Shown: in pieces, positions 63,401 through 64,000 of the stretch | Numbering within the stretch: the stretch's first letter is position 1 | How the letters are laid out: each line of letters opens with the position of its first letter | Source: Thainema sp. | GTDB taxonomy: Bacteria > Cyanobacteriota > Cyanobacteriia > Phormidesmidales > Phormidesmidaceae | Length of the DNA: 64,000 nucleotides | Assembly (NCBI GenBank): GCA_052168235.1 | Contig: JBQLZK010000027.1 | Location: 19,536 to 83,535, forward strand | Reading direction: 5' to 3' | Position numbers and translations under genes: made by a program | Notes under the pieces: model-generated | What the model was told of the DNA's origin: nothing | Seen by the model: only the letters and a program-made list of their open reading frames with translations | The model's database searches: none

Positions 63401-64000
63401 TAGCCTCCTCCCGTCATGTCTGTGTCGCTGCCACCGTGTTTTTCCAAAGCTGGAATCACTTCTTCCCAGCGATGTGTTTTCAGTCCGCAGTCGGAATTCA
63501 CTCAAGTTTGCCGCGTTGGTAGATGAATGATTCCCGCTTTTAGCTGTTAAAAAATCAGAGAAATTTGCCGCTGGTTTTTATGTCAGCCATAATCTCCAAG
63601 TACCAGCTAGTGATAGTTGACATCAAACCATTTCGCCATTGATTTTAAAAAATACAAAAAAGCAGCATAATCTAATAGCCCCAACTGACACAATTAGCTG
63701 ATCTGAATTCATCTAGTTCACAATCAAACTCATTAAAGACTTGTAGCGTCGGCTAGCACGATCAACTAAATGGATGACCATAATTCTAGAATTGTAGGTG
63801 TGTGTAGCCTGCTGAAAATGACTCAGATCAAGCATCAGCTGGATTGTCAAAGTCCTGCAAAACGGTGCGTTACGGCTACTATAAGCAAGCCCAAGCTGCG
63901 CTAACACCTAACACGCCTTACGGTGTCATTTGATTTTGACTGCCTACTTAGAGCCTATCCGAAAACCTCAGATGAGCGAAATGTGATGACCGCACTGGCA

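Overview
Cyanobacterial chromosome segment. The HIP1 octamer GCGATCGC recurs throughout; a filamentous Leptolyngbya/Oculatellaceae-like source is only my guess. It mixes housekeeping genes (folC, ftsE, cysS, trmB, grxC, dps, cbiX, crtD, tRNA-Phe) with several regulated modules. (1) A low-CO2 cluster holds two tandem sbtAB bicarbonate-uptake operons, each with NdhR/CcmR-type ATAG-N8-CTAT boxes, plus flv4-flv2. (2) Two back-to-back ydaO/c-di-AMP-type riboswitches and an NtcA box sit between an NrtA/CmpA-family ABC transporter and two USP genes. (3) A cobalamin riboswitch precedes cbiX. (4) A desaturase-cfa pair lies at the right end. The best leads for something undescribed are a tight three-gene cassette (coiled coil + unknown + HNH nuclease) between cysS and trmB whose last two proteins share a short motif; a photosystem II D1-like fragment inside the leader of one sbtA operon; a covarying hairpin leader shared by both sbtA operons; and several families of small palindromic elements, one nested inside another. 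Two pseudogenes (LRR protein, acetamidase/formamidase) are visible. Family calls come from motif recognition only; no database search was run.
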